A DNA stretch of 24,000 bases, taken from NCBI GenBank assembly GCA_031256035.1, contig JAIRRJ010000038.1, forward strand, positions 13,059-37,058, written 5' to 3'. The translations under genes and the position numbers were made by a program. The stretch is from Treponema sp. (GTDB taxonomy: Bacteria; Spirochaetota; Spirochaetia; Treponematales; Breznakiellaceae). How positions within the stretch are numbered: the stretch's first letter is position 1; the number at the start of each line of letters is the position of its first letter. The notes under the pieces were generated by a model. The model worked only from the letters and a program-made list of their open reading frames with translations. It did not search any database and was not told the DNA's origin. Positions 1-9,412 of the stretch are shown here, piece after piece.

Positions 1-994
1 TGGGGCTGTGAACATTGCGCAAACTATATTCTGCAACAATTTTATTGCGGCTCTTGCAGAGTAACAGGCCGATGGTTGGACGGTCATCAGGAGCCTTCAG
101 TTGAGAGTCAACCGCAGAAAGATAAAAGTTCAATTGTCCGGTATGTTCCGGCTTGAACGCTGATGCTTTTAGTTCAATTACGACATAACATTTAAGACGA
201 GTATGATAAAACAGCAGGTCAATGAAAAATTCATCACCGGCAACCTCAAGGCGATACTGACGTCCAACAAAGGCAAAGCCGACTCCAAGTTCGAGCAAAA
301 ACCGGGAAATATGCTGAATGAGCGCATTTTCGATTTCACGCTCGTGCGCGTCATCGGCCAAACCAAGGAAGTCAAAAAGATACGGATCTTTGAGGGTTTC
401 CTGTGCAAGTAGAGATTGTGGCGCGGGAAGGCGTTTTGCAAAATTTGAAATAGCAGCGCCTTGACGTTTGTGCTGCCGGTTTTCGATGTTGCGTTCCAGA
501 GTTACACGCGACCATCCTTCGACGATTGCATGGACAGCATACCATTCACGATGTGCCGGCTGCGTCTTGGTAAGAATCGTAACTATGTGGAACCACGGCA
601 ATTGGTCAGCCGGCTGCTGACCAATTTGACCGGATGGGCATTGTTCGGCAAAATATCGCATATATTTGAGATTGCTGGTTGAAAATCCCTTCATGTCAGG
701 AAAGGCTGTCTTTAAATCGGCTGCAAGATGCTGAATGATTTTATCGCCCCAACTATGTGCTTGCTGTCGTTGCAAAATATCCAGCCCGATTTTGTGATAC
801 AGGCGGATAAGTTCGGCATTAACAGCAAGTGAGGCACGGGTTCGGGCAGTCTGAATTTGTTTTTTAAGTGATTCAAGCCATGCGGAATAATTGGCAGGAA
901 CCCCCGCTGAAGCCCGTATGGGTCGAGGTTCTCCTCCGGTAATAGGAGTACTCTCCCGTGACTTGGCAGGAGGTTTTTTTTCAGGTTTTTTCAT
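1..994 (-). CDS. DUF1016 / YhcG-family PDDEXK nuclease domain protein (partial, runs off left edge; not in supplied ORF track)
   Basis: Manual reverse translation from ATG at 994: MKKPEKKPPAKSRE...; C-terminal part reads ...FIDLLFYHTRLKCYVVIELKASAFKPEHTGQLNFYLSAVDSQLKAPDDRPTIGLLLCKSRNKIVAEYSLRN, a hallmark of DUF1016/YhcG proteins; position 220 codon is in frame with 994. Confidence 0.85.
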   Translation of the reverse strand, partial: MKKPEKKPPAKSRESTPITGGEPRPIRASAGVPANYSAWLESLKKQIQTARTRASLAVNAELIRLYHKIGLDILQRQQAHSWGDKIIQHLAADLKTAFPDMKGFSTSNLKYMRYFAEQCPSGQIGQQPADQLPWFHIVTILTKTQPAHREWYAVHAIVEGWSRVTLERNIENRQHKRQGAAISNFAKRLPAPQSLLAQETLKDPYLFDFLGLADDAHEREIENALIQHISRFLLELGVGFAFVGRQYRLEVAGDEFFIDLLFYHTRLKCYVVIELKASAFKPEHTGQLNFYLSAVDSQLKAPDDRPTIGLLLCKSRNKIVAEYSLRNVHSP

Positions 995-1054
995 CTCAGC
1001 TTCACCTTCCCCAAATTTTCAAGGATGGTTTTGTTCAATACACATTCCCTCCAC

Positions 1055-2089
1055 TCACTCATCGCCGCCACCGTTACCCTTCAAATACTTTGCCATATCC
1101 CGATCAAATTGTGAGATATAATCCCTGTCCTGTTTGATGCGAAACTGCTCGTAAACTTCGCCCGCTTTTTTTACGGCTTTATCGTGGGAAATCTGCCCTT
1201 TACCCGGCAGTACACGACGGCGGTTGTTTTTCAGGAACTTATCTGTTTCGTTCAGCCAGTCCTGCATACTCACTGCAACGCCATCCTCCGCCATTAATTC
1301 GGCATAATCAATGAACATTGTTACAAGCCGATTAAGACGGGAAAGTTCATTTTCGTTCAGATAATTTTTGGCGACAGAAATATCCCTTTTCAAAATTTTG
1401 CCGTCAGGCGCGTCCTTCCATGTGGTTAAGCCCATAGTGGGGTGTTCAAGGCGTGCTCGCTCGGAAATCAGCTCTGCCGCAGTTTTTCCTGTTATCGCAA
1501 AATGGAGCTTATTCTGCACAAATGCATAAAACTCTTTGGTGAGATCGCTGTTTTTGTCATAATCATAGCTGCACTGCTCAAATACATCGGCGATTTTTTG
1601 ATATGCCCGCCGCTCGCTGGCGCGGATTTCGCGGATTTTTTCCAGTAACTCATCAAAATAATCCCGCCCAAAGGGCTTGCCGTTTTTTAGCAATTCTTCA
1701 TTGAGGAGATAACCTTTTTGGATATACTCTTTCAGTGTCTGCGTTGCCCACTGGCGGAACCGGGTGGCTTTTTTAGAGTTTACCCGGTAGCCAACGGCGA
1801 TAATGGCATCAAGGCTGTAGAATTGAAGCTCCCGCTCTACACTGCGCTCACCCTCTTTTCGAACTACTCGAATTTTTCGAGTAGTTGCCGTTTCTTCTAA
1901 TTCTTCGGTTCCAAATACTTCCTGTAAATGATAGGTAATAGTATTTGATTCGACATCAAAAAGCTCTGACATTGCCTTCTGGGTCATCCAGAAGGTTTCA
2001 TCCTTGAACACTACATCAACATAAACATTACTGTTTGAGGTGGAGTACAGGGCGATTTTTCCTTCGGATACTTTTATGATGTTACTCAT
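1055..2089 (-). CDS. RhuM-family protein (type I RM/virulence-associated)
   Basis: 344 aa; N-terminus [49 protein letters not shown] typical of RhuM; 4-bp ATGA overlap with hsdM. Confidence 0.85.
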   Translation of the reverse strand: MSNIIKVSEGKIALYSTSNSNVYVDVVFKDETFWMTQKAMSELFDVESNTITYHLQEVFGTEELEETATTRKIRVVRKEGERSVERELQFYSLDAIIAVGYRVNSKKATRFRQWATQTLKEYIQKGYLLNEELLKNGKPFGRDYFDELLEKIREIRASERRAYQKIADVFEQCSYDYDKNSDLTKEFYAFVQNKLHFAITGKTAAELISERARLEHPTMGLTTWKDAPDGKILKRDISVAKNYLNENELSRLNRLVTMFIDYAELMAEDGVAVSMQDWLNETDKFLKNNRRRVLPGKGQISHDKAVKKAGEVYEQFRIKQDRDYISQFDRDMAKYLKGNGGGDE

Positions 2090-3630
2090 ACAAGTTTCAC
2101 CTTCTTGAGATTTTCAAGAATGGCCTTGTTCAATTTCTCCTCTTCTTTTAACTGAGCCTCAAATTCCGCCCTTAAACCGGAAAACCGTTCGTTAAAATCG
2201 AAGTCGTCTTCTTCATCGGGAAGCCCCACATACCGCCCTGGCGTAAGCACATAATCCAGTTCCTTCACCCGATCAATATGCACAGAAGCGCAAAAGCCTT
2301 TTATATCCGCATATTTGCCTTTGGTCTTGCGCCATTCGTGATAGGTTCCGGCTATTTTCTGAATGTCATCGCTTGAGAGCTCCCTCGTTCTGCGGTTAAT
2401 CAAATGCCCTTCGTTTCTTGCGTCAATGAATAAAATCTCATCGGTGCGGTTACGGTAACCGCCGTTTGCTTTGTTACGCGATAAAAACCACAAACAGGCG
2501 GGTATCTGCGTATTCAAAAAGAGTTTTGCCGGAAGATTGATGATGCAATCGACAAGCCGCGCTTCGATTAACGCCTTGCGGATTTCACCTTCGCCGGAAC
2601 TTTTAGAGGTGAGAGAACCTTTTGCCAGTACAAAACCGGCTATACCGCCGGGGCTTAAATGATAGAGAAAGTGCTGAATCCACGCATAGTTCGCGTTTCC
2701 GGCAGGCGGTGCGCCGTATTTCCATCTGCCGTCTGTGCGGAGCAGATCACCCGACCAGTCGCTGTCGTTGAACGGGGGATTGGCGATGACAAAATCGGCT
2801 TTCAGGTCTTTGTGCGCGTTATTCAAAAACGAACCTTCATTGTTCCATTTGACCTGTGAGCTGTCGATGCCGCGAATGGCAAGGTTCATTTTTGCCAGCC
2901 GCCATGTTGTCTGGTTGCTTTCTTGTCCGTAGATAGAAATATCGTTGATTTTGCCCTTATGGTTAGAGACAAATTTTTCTGATTGCACAAACATTCCGCC
3001 GGAGCCGCAGCAGGGGTCAAATACGCGGCCTTTGTAAGGTTCGAGGATTTCTACAAGCAGTTCAACAACGCTTCGCGGCGTGTAGAACTGGCCTCCCTTT
3101 TTTCCTTCCGCAAGAGCGAACTCACCAAGAAAATACTCAAACACATGGCCGAGCACATCGGCGCTTCGGGCTTTCGCATCTCCAAGAGCAACATTTCCAA
3201 TAAGGTCGATTAATCCGCCAAGGTTTGCGGGGTCTAAGTTGCCCCGTGCGAATACTTTGGGCAACACATCTTTTAGTGAGGGATTGTCTTTTTCGATTGC
3301 GTCCATGGCATTGTCTACTTCTTTGCCGATGGTCGGCAATTTTGCCTTGGATTGCAGATATGACCAGCGGGCAATTCCGGGGACAAAAAATATATTTTCG
3401 GCTTTGTATTCGTCTTTGTCTTCGGGGTCAGCCCCAGCGTATTCGCCCTTTCCGTCTTTCAGTTTTGCGTGCAGGTCTTCAAAAGCGTCTGAAATGTATT
3501 TGAGGAATATCAGACCAAGGACGACATGTTTATATTCAGCTGCATCGATGTTTTTTCGCAGCTTATCGGCGGATTTCCAGAGTTGTTTTTCGATTGGTTC
3601 ATGAGTGTTGTTTTCTTTGATCTTTGCCAT
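2086..3630 (-). CDS. hsdM: Type I restriction-modification system methyltransferase subunit HsdM
   Basis: 514 aa; SAM-binding and NPPF motifs ([27 protein letters not shown]), N-terminal HsdM_N helix domain. Confidence 0.95.
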   Translation of the reverse strand: MAKIKENNTHEPIEKQLWKSADKLRKNIDAAEYKHVVLGLIFLKYISDAFEDLHAKLKDGKGEYAGADPEDKDEYKAENIFFVPGIARWSYLQSKAKLPTIGKEVDNAMDAIEKDNPSLKDVLPKVFARGNLDPANLGGLIDLIGNVALGDAKARSADVLGHVFEYFLGEFALAEGKKGGQFYTPRSVVELLVEILEPYKGRVFDPCCGSGGMFVQSEKFVSNHKGKINDISIYGQESNQTTWRLAKMNLAIRGIDSSQVKWNNEGSFLNNAHKDLKADFVIANPPFNDSDWSGDLLRTDGRWKYGAPPAGNANYAWIQHFLYHLSPGGIAGFVLAKGSLTSKSSGEGEIRKALIEARLVDCIINLPAKLFLNTQIPACLWFLSRNKANGGYRNRTDEILFIDARNEGHLINRRTRELSSDDIQKIAGTYHEWRKTKGKYADIKGFCASVHIDRVKELDYVLTPGRYVGLPDEEDDFDFNERFSGLRAEFEAQLKEEEKLNKAILENLKKVKLV

Positions 3631-3641
3631 ATTGGGTTTCT

Positions 3642-3714
3642 AGCCAAGACGGGGAATCGAACCCCGGACCTGCACATTACGAGTGTGCCGCTCTGCCAAC
3701 TGAGCCATCTTGGC
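3642..3714 (-). tRNA. tRNA-Thr(CGT)
   Basis: Reverse complement GCCAAGATGGCTCAGTTGGCAGAGCGGCACACTCGTAATGTGCAGGTCCGGGGTTCGATTCCCCGTCTTGGCT folds as a cloverleaf; anticodon loop CTCGTAA; no encoded CCA. Confidence 0.93.
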
Positions 3715-3804
3715 TAAATCTAAGCGCCCCGTTAAGGGGCGTTGATCCCAAAAAATCCAAACAGCCCAGGCACCAGTGATGGTTGCCGTGACCAATTAAA
3801 GCAA

Positions 3805-3822
3805 GCCTGCCTTTAGGCAGGC
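3805..3822 (-). terminator. possible terminator hairpin downstream of the DUF1905/galK gene group
   Basis: GCCTGCC-TTTA-GGCAGGC perfect 7-bp stem; only a weak T-rich tail on the minus strand. Confidence 0.3.
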
Positions 3823-3909
3823 GACAGTGCCGCTTCGAATAACGGCTTTAGTGGTTTCTGCAGGAAACCTCCGAACAGCACCGCGTTAGCGGTGTAGATC
3901 ACAAAAAGT

Positions 3910-4179
3910 TTACTCACGTTCTTTCAACGTTACTTTTACCGTATTATCTGGCTGTTTGCCGATTTTTGCCCTGATGTCCTTGCGAATTCCGATGATGTGG
4001 CAGGGAGTTCCCATTTTTACAACGCTGCCATCGTAAGGTTCATTGTCGAAAGTTGCATGTACTTTTACACGGCCTTTTCCGAACTCCGCTTTAACATCGA
4101 AAGGAATTTCGACATAAGCGCCGTCAATGTCCGGCACTTTTTTAATCTCCGCTTCAAAAGTATATATTTTTTTGTTCAT
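3910..4179 (-). CDS. DUF1905 domain-containing protein
   Basis: 89 aa; [52 protein letters not shown]... matches the DUF1905 pattern. Confidence 0.85.
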   Translation of the reverse strand: MNKKIYTFEAEIKKVPDIDGAYVEIPFDVKAEFGKGRVKVHATFDNEPYDGSVVKMGTPCHIIGIRKDIRAKIGKQPDNTVKVTLKERE

Positions 4180-4215
4180 AATGCCAACTGAACCATTTTC
4201 AAAAAGGCTTTCATT

Positions 4216-5565
4216 CTAAAAAAACAATTCCACTGCGCCCCTTGACCTTATCTGCAGCAGTGTTACAGAACCGGGACCAAATACTGCTTCAATGTGTGTC
4301 CGGTAAGCGTCCATTGCATCCAGTGGGATGTAGACCTGAATAGTGCCGGCAAAACCGCCGCCGTGAACTCTGCATGCGCCGTGTATTTTTTGCTTTTTGA
4401 AAAAACCCTTGCTCAACGCCAATGCAATACTGATACCCTGTTCTTCGGGGCGAGAATAAACGTTTTGCAGTAATTCCCAGGAAGAGTCTCCGGATTCGTT
4501 GACCAGTTCCAGGTAACGGTACAATGCTTGCTGTTTTGCGGCGATTGTTACAGCGCCGTCCATTTCGCTTAGAGCCGCAGACATGGCGTCCACCCGCGCG
4601 TTTTCTTCAAAAAAATGAAGAGAGCGCAGCAAAGCTCTGTCCCCAAGTTTTTTTCGTATTTCTCTGGCACGGGACAAAACATTTTCCTTTTCCAGTTCCC
4701 CAAGTACGGATTTGCCCAAAAAAGCCGCCACCCCTTTCATTTCCGCCGGAATTGACGCGTAATCTGCGGTCAAATCGGCGTGACTGCCGCCTGTGTTCAC
4801 CACGCAGAGGGCGAAACCGGCGGCGGCAAGATCGAAATTGATCTGTTTTACTGACGGGCGAGCGGCATCGGCAAAATCGACGGCAACAGCGCCGCCTGTG
4901 GCGCAGGCTATCTGATCCATAAGACCGCATGGTTTTCCAAAATATGTATTTTCGGCAATCTGACCGATTTGCGCGATTTCCAGGGGACAGAGCTGTCCTT
5001 CACCGTACAAAGAATCAAAAATACGGCCAAAAAGCACTTCCACTGCCGCCGATGAAGAAAGCCCCGAACCCGGATGCACTGTTGAGATTGCATTGGCTGA
5101 AAACCCGCCCGTTATGCGGTTCAGCTCAGCGGCAATTCCCCTGACTAGAGCTTCGGTCATGCCTTCTTCTTCCGGTTTTGGCTGCAAGTCAGGTGCGCCG
5201 GAAGAATTTGTCAATTTCACTTTTACATCAGGATAACCGGCGGAACGAAAGAACACAGTATTGTCTTTTCGTTTCCGCACAATGGCGACATTATCCAATT
5301 GAATGGATGCCGCCAGAATTTTACCCCGGTTATGGTCGGTATGATTGCCGCCCAGTTCGGTTCTTCCAGGGGCGCTGAATACCCGAAGATTGCCGTCACA
5401 AAGTTCCGTTTCGGGAAAGCCGTCCGTCCCACTTTTCAGCATTTCCGTCACAAGCGCCCTGTAACGCAAACGGGCAGCCGCTGCTTCCTTCTTCCCGTAA
5501 AGCTCAGAAAAGATTTCCGTGCCGCTTTCTGAATCAATTTTTGTCAGAAGTTCATTTTCAGTCAT
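4216..5565 (-). CDS. galK: Galactokinase
   Basis: 449 aa; APGRTELGGNHTDHNRG, VHPGSGLSSSAAVEVLFG, CGLMDQIACATGG, VHGGGFAGTIQVYIP GHMP-kinase motifs. Confidence 0.95.
   Translation of the reverse strand: MTENELLTKIDSESGTEIFSELYGKKEAAAARLRYRALVTEMLKSGTDGFPETELCDGNLRVFSAPGRTELGGNHTDHNRGKILAASIQLDNVAIVRKRKDNTVFFRSAGYPDVKVKLTNSSGAPDLQPKPEEEGMTEALVRGIAAELNRITGGFSANAISTVHPGSGLSSSAAVEVLFGRIFDSLYGEGQLCPLEIAQIGQIAENTYFGKPCGLMDQIACATGGAVAVDFADAARPSVKQINFDLAAAGFALCVVNTGGSHADLTADYASIPAEMKGVAAFLGKSVLGELEKENVLSRAREIRKKLGDRALLRSLHFFEENARVDAMSAALSEMDGAVTIAAKQQALYRYLELVNESGDSSWELLQNVYSRPEEQGISIALALSKGFFKKQKIHGACRVHGGGFAGTIQVYIPLDAMDAYRTHIEAVFGPGSVTLLQIRSRGAVELFF
4633..4644 (-). repeat. Dispersed 12-mer GGGGACAGAGCT, exact, inside galK (LGDRALL)
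   Basis: agctctgtcccc. Confidence 0.9.
4983..4994 (+). repeat. Dispersed 12-mer, exact, inside galK (QLCPL)
   Basis: ggggacagagct. Confidence 0.9.
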
Positions 5566-5591
5566 AAAAACGCCTCTGTATTGTCAATTTC

Positions 5592-6173
5592 TCATCCGGC
5601 TTTCCGGTAGATCGAAAGGTAATCAATAAAAGATGCAATTGAAAAGATAACGGAAATAATGAAGATAATAATGGCGCCAGTTTTAAAATATGGGAAAAGA
5701 AACTCGAAAATTGCCAAGCGTTGAATGCTGACGGCGAGGAGGGCGGCTCCTCCGGCAATGATGTAGGTTACGGTTTTTATTTTTCCACCCAGCCGGGCGC
5801 CCAGGGCAATACCTTTTTTCAGCATCAAATTGCGGATAAAAAGGATGCTGAATTCGCGGTAAATGACCAACAAAAAGAGAAGCGCGGGAAAAATCCTGTC
5901 AATTACAAAACACAGGAAGCAGGTGATTTGCATGAGAGTATCGGCAAAGGGATCGAAGAGTTTGCCAAAATCGCTCACTTCGTTGTTTTTACGGGCGACT
6001 ATGCCGTCCAGCAAATCGGTTACCTGCGAGACGATAAAAATTAGCCAAAGGACAGGCACAGTCCAAGCTGCGCCGGCAAACAATGAGGGGAAAAAGCCGG
6101 GTAACAGATAGACGATAAAAAACACAGGAGCGAGGATTATCCTGGAAAAAGTCAGCTTATTTGCTAGGCTCAT
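5592..6173 (-). CDS. pgsA: CDP-alcohol phosphatidyltransferase, likely CDP-diacylglycerol-glycerol-3-phosphate 3-phosphatidyltransferase
   Basis: 193 aa membrane protein starting MSLANKLTFSRIILAPVF; DLLDGIVARKNNEVSDFGKLFDPFADT CDP-alcohol PTase motif. Confidence 0.88.
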   Translation of the reverse strand: MSLANKLTFSRIILAPVFFIVYLLPGFFPSLFAGAAWTVPVLWLIFIVSQVTDLLDGIVARKNNEVSDFGKLFDPFADTLMQITCFLCFVIDRIFPALLFLLVIYREFSILFIRNLMLKKGIALGARLGGKIKTVTYIIAGGAALLAVSIQRLAIFEFLFPYFKTGAIIIFIISVIFSIASFIDYLSIYRKAG

Positions 6174-6213
6174 GGTTAATTTTGACTTTTGGGTCTAAAT
6201 GTGTCAATTACTT

Positions 6214-6265
6214 GGGGACAGAGCTTGCGGCAGGAACGAATTGTTTTGGAATTGGGGACAGAGCT
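6214..6265 (+). repeat. Direct pair of dispersed 12-mers (6214-6225, 6254-6265) in pgsA/NUDIX divergent gap
   Basis: two exact ggggacagagct copies 40 bp apart. Confidence 0.9.
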
Positions 6266-6311
6266 CAAAAAAAATATGTACTAAAAAGCAATAAAACGTT
6301 ACTTTATTTCC

Positions 6312-6920
6312 ATGGACGAAAAAAAACTAATATGGATGGAAAAAGGGCGTAAACAGGTTCTTGATAACAAGGTATTCTCAGTATGGGAATCCTATTGTAT
6401 CCCGCCCAAATCTCACTCCGGCGGCTTGAAAACCTTTTCGATAATTGATGCCAAAGACTGGGCTATTGTTGTGCCGGTAATCAAAAACCCCAAAGGCAAA
6501 CAATTTGTCATGGTGTGGCAATGGCGGCATGGTTCGCGGAGCATGAGCCTGGAGTTTCCGGGGGGCGTTTTTGAACCCGAAGAAAATCCTGAGACGGCAG
6601 CAGTCAGGGAATTACAGGAAGAAACCGGCTACTTGCCGGGGAAAATTGAAAAAATCGGGGAATTCAGCCCCAATCCGGCAATTATGTCAAACAAGGTTCA
6701 TTTTTTTCTTGCTGAGGAACTTAGCGGAGCCGGTAAACAAAATCTGGATGAAGATGAATTTGTGGAAGTTGCTCTGGTTGATACCTCCGAGGTTATCCAA
6801 GGCATGGGGAAACCACCTTACGTCCACGCGCTTATGGGTACTGCTTTGGCTTTATATTGTTCAAGGATTGAGTTGTTCGAAAACATCGTACCAATTACAC
6901 AGTTTCCGAACAACTCATAA
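6312..6920 (+). CDS. NUDIX hydrolase (ADP-ribose pyrophosphatase-like)
   Basis: 202 aa; Nudix box GGVFEPEENPETAAVRELQEETG. Confidence 0.9.
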   Translation: MDEKKLIWMEKGRKQVLDNKVFSVWESYCIPPKSHSGGLKTFSIIDAKDWAIVVPVIKNPKGKQFVMVWQWRHGSRSMSLEFPGGVFEPEENPETAAVRELQEETGYLPGKIEKIGEFSPNPAIMSNKVHFFLAEELSGAGKQNLDEDEFVEVALVDTSEVIQGMGKPPYVHALMGTALALYCSRIELFENIVPITQFPNNS

Positions 6921-6926
6921 TTATAT

Positions 6927-7703
6927 TTAAGGAGCCTTGTAGGTTCTATTTGGATCCCACATGCCTTGCCGGGCTTCGCCCTTTATGGAGGGAATATCCA
7001 ACACCATACCGGGTTCAATCAGATCGGGATTGTCCGGTTGGGGCATTTTTGATTTATTTGCTTCATATAGAGTTTTCCATTTCCACGCATCTCCGTAAAC
7101 CCATGGATAACCAGCGATATTCCACAAGCAATCCTTAGTTAATGCCCAAGGCCTGACAGTATACTGGCTTGGCAGAGCGTCTCCGGCTTGTCTTGGCGGG
7201 GCTCCGCTTTCGATATATGCCAGAATTTCAATGGATTTGGTTGCCGCAGTTATGGCCGCGTTCCAGTCCTCATCATAATAGGCGGCAATACTTGTTTCAT
7301 AATAAGCTTTACCTTCATCGTAGTCATTCGGATATTTGCTGGCGATATTGTTGGAATCCGCCATGTCCAAGTGTTGTTTTGCTGTGCTAATCAGTTGAGA
7401 GGCGACATACTCATCCGAAAGCTGTGCATAACGGATGGCTTCCTCAGCGAAACCGGCGGAAGCGTCATAATCGCCGTATTCATAGGTTTCCTGAGCCAAT
7501 TTTGCCAACCGCAGGCTTTCCAGATAGAATTCGTTGTTGCGAATTGACATTGAGGAATCATCTTCAGCGGCCCCCGCATAGTATGGCACAAAGTAGAATT
7601 GAGGCAGTTTTAATTCAGGTTCCGGAAGATTATCTCCGGCATAAAGTGACTGGACTGCAATTATTACGATAATTGACAGTATAAAGGAAATTTTTCGGTT
7701 CAT
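6927..7703 (-). CDS. Secreted protein with repeat-rich helical region and C-terminal LysM-like domain
   Basis: 258 aa with signal peptide; C-terminus YTVRPWALTKDCLWNIAGYPWVYGDAWKWKTLYEANKSKMPQPDNPDLIEPGMVLDIP resembles LysM; 4-bp overlap with upstream gene. Confidence 0.65.
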   Translation of the reverse strand: MNRKISFILSIIVIIAVQSLYAGDNLPEPELKLPQFYFVPYYAGAAEDDSSMSIRNNEFYLESLRLAKLAQETYEYGDYDASAGFAEEAIRYAQLSDEYVASQLISTAKQHLDMADSNNIASKYPNDYDEGKAYYETSIAAYYDEDWNAAITAATKSIEILAYIESGAPPRQAGDALPSQYTVRPWALTKDCLWNIAGYPWVYGDAWKWKTLYEANKSKMPQPDNPDLIEPGMVLDIPSIKGEARQGMWDPNRTYKAP

Positions 7704-8776
7704 CTTAAGTCTCCTTCTATTATTTTTTCAGCCTCCAAGGCTGCTCCATCGCTTTCTCCAATTTTGTCTGTGGCCATTTTTATTATTCCCAAAGCTCTTT
7801 GGCGTTTGTCCTCAGTTTCCTGTCCTGCAACCGCAAAAAGCGCTTCCGCTTCTGTGAAAAGAATGGCGGCATCTTCGTACCTTTCTTCACCTAATGTTTC
7901 TTCAGCCTGAGAGAATATGGCTTCGGCATCACGGTATATGTCGCGGACTGCAATATTCACTTTATTTGACAATGCCCGCTCCCTTTCGGATGAAGCGGTC
8001 TTTCGCCTGTCGCCTGCATAATTGGTCCAGCTATTTGACAATATCATGCTGTAGCGAAGCCCGGCTTCCTCGGCGCTGGCTTCAGCCGCTTTTTTATCTC
8101 CTGCTTCATATTTATCAAGTGCAATAACGGCAATATCATCCGCCTTGTCAAAATTTCCGGGATCATAAACATTAAAGCCCCGATCAATGACTTCCTGCCT
8201 TATCAAGTTAACTCTTGCGCCGACAAGCAGGGTTTTGTATTCATTAATCGCCGCCACGGCAGAATTTCTGGCTGCGTAATAATCTCCGGCTTCATATTGA
8301 TCCAGCGCTGTGAGGGCAATCTCATCCGCTTTTTCCAAATACTCAGGAAAAATACTTGTAAAACCGGAATAGATTAATTCATCTCTGACGGCCATTAATT
8401 CATCTTCTCTGGCCTGGGCATAAAGTTGAACCGTTTTCTTGACCAGCCCGTCGAATTCATCCGCTACAGTGTTAAACAAGGCCGCAGCCCTTTGAACTTC
8501 TTCCGCAGTCGATTTTGGCAGTATACTGGCAGCGCCGTACCGGGCATCAGTAACTTCCCAATCAGTGGGAAAATAGGCCGGACATTCAAAATCAATTGCC
8601 CGTTTTCGAGCTTCATCCGCCCGCGCTTTGGCATCATTTGCTGCATTTTGGGACACCGGCGTTATTCCGCTAAATTCCGGCGGTGTTTCCTCAGGGCTTG
8701 GGGCAGATTTACAGGAAACACCCATAAACACAAGCATTGCCAGTAACAGGAATGCAAAAACAATATTTTTTTTCAT
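7700..8776 (-). CDS. Putative lipoprotein with degenerate helical repeats
   Basis: 358 aa; lipobox-like LVFMGVSC; imperfect repeats ADEIALTALDQYEAGDYYAARNSAVAA / ADDIAVIALDKYEAGDKKAAEASAEEA. Confidence 0.7.
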   Translation of the reverse strand: MKKNIVFAFLLLAMLVFMGVSCKSAPSPEETPPEFSGITPVSQNAANDAKARADEARKRAIDFECPAYFPTDWEVTDARYGAASILPKSTAEEVQRAAALFNTVADEFDGLVKKTVQLYAQAREDELMAVRDELIYSGFTSIFPEYLEKADEIALTALDQYEAGDYYAARNSAVAAINEYKTLLVGARVNLIRQEVIDRGFNVYDPGNFDKADDIAVIALDKYEAGDKKAAEASAEEAGLRYSMILSNSWTNYAGDRRKTASSERERALSNKVNIAVRDIYRDAEAIFSQAEETLGEERYEDAAILFTEAEALFAVAGQETEDKRQRALGIIKMATDKIGESDGAALEAEKIIEGDLR

Positions 8777-8899
8777 AACCGCTCCTTATAGAAACTGGTA
8801 TTTCTGGTTCTTCGATTGAGTATACATCTGTTTGTACGATAATTACAAGCCTGATTTTTATGTTTTGGAAAAAAGCAAATAATTGAAAACCCGCCGCAA

Positions 8900-8943
8900 G
8901 GGGACAGAGCTAAAATGAAAATCAGCCACAAAGGGACAGAGCT
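8900..8943 (+). repeat. Direct pair (8900-8911 exact, 8932-8943 one mismatch) in intergenic gap
   Basis: ggggacagagctaaaa ... agggacagagctaaaaaa. Confidence 0.9.
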
Positions 8944-9090
8944 AAAAAACCTATCAACAAAAACAAATCCAATCATGGTTTAGAACATACTTTTGAAATA
9001 ACAGCCTAAAATCCGCTCAGTAAAAATGTCTGAGGCAACTATTCCATGAATCGGCATTTTGGAATAGCCTCAATATATAGTGAGGTTTTT

Positions 9091-9324
9091 ATGGATGAAA
9101 TCAAATTTGACATTGTTAAGCATTTTGGGATTATTTCTTCGGAAAAGAGCGGCTGGAAAAAAGAACTGAATTTAGTATCGTGGAGCGGCAGAACCCCAAA
9201 ACTGGACATCAGGGACTGGGCGCCGGAGCATGCAAAAATGGGTAAGGGCGTTACCCTTACCGAGGGAGAAGCGGCTCAATTGGCGGAATTGCTGGTTTTT
9301 GCGCTTGCGAAGCAGGAAGGCTGA
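9091..9324 (+). CDS. YdbC/PC4-family ssDNA-binding/transcriptional coactivator-like protein
   Basis: MDEIKFDIVKHFGIISSEKSGWKKELNLVSWSGRTPKLDIRDWAPEHAKMGKGVTLTEGEAAQL; start at 9091 preferred over 9046 by family similarity. Confidence 0.85.
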   Translation: MDEIKFDIVKHFGIISSEKSGWKKELNLVSWSGRTPKLDIRDWAPEHAKMGKGVTLTEGEAAQLAELLVFALAKQEG

Positions 9325-9350
9325 GTTTTTGGAAGGCTATAATTTGACTA

Positions 9351-9397
9351 AGCTCTGTCCCCAATTGCTAGATTTGGTAAATTTCAGCTCTGTCCCC
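9351..9397 (-). repeat. Direct pair (9351-9362, 9386-9397) between convergent genes
   Basis: two exact agctctgtcccc copies 35 bp apart. Confidence 0.9.
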
Positions 9398-9412
9398 AAT
9401 GTGTTGTTTAGA

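Noticed and set aside
178-441. Track ORF 178..441 (-) and 203..412 (+)
   Set aside because: They are out of frame with, and fully inside, the DUF1016 coding frame (start 994, -).
6161-6352. Track ORF 6161..6352 (+), which reads through two motif copies (LGTEL, GIGDRAQ)
   Set aside because: It is an artefact of the intergenic repeats being open in this frame, and it overlaps the starts of pgsA and the NUDIX gene.
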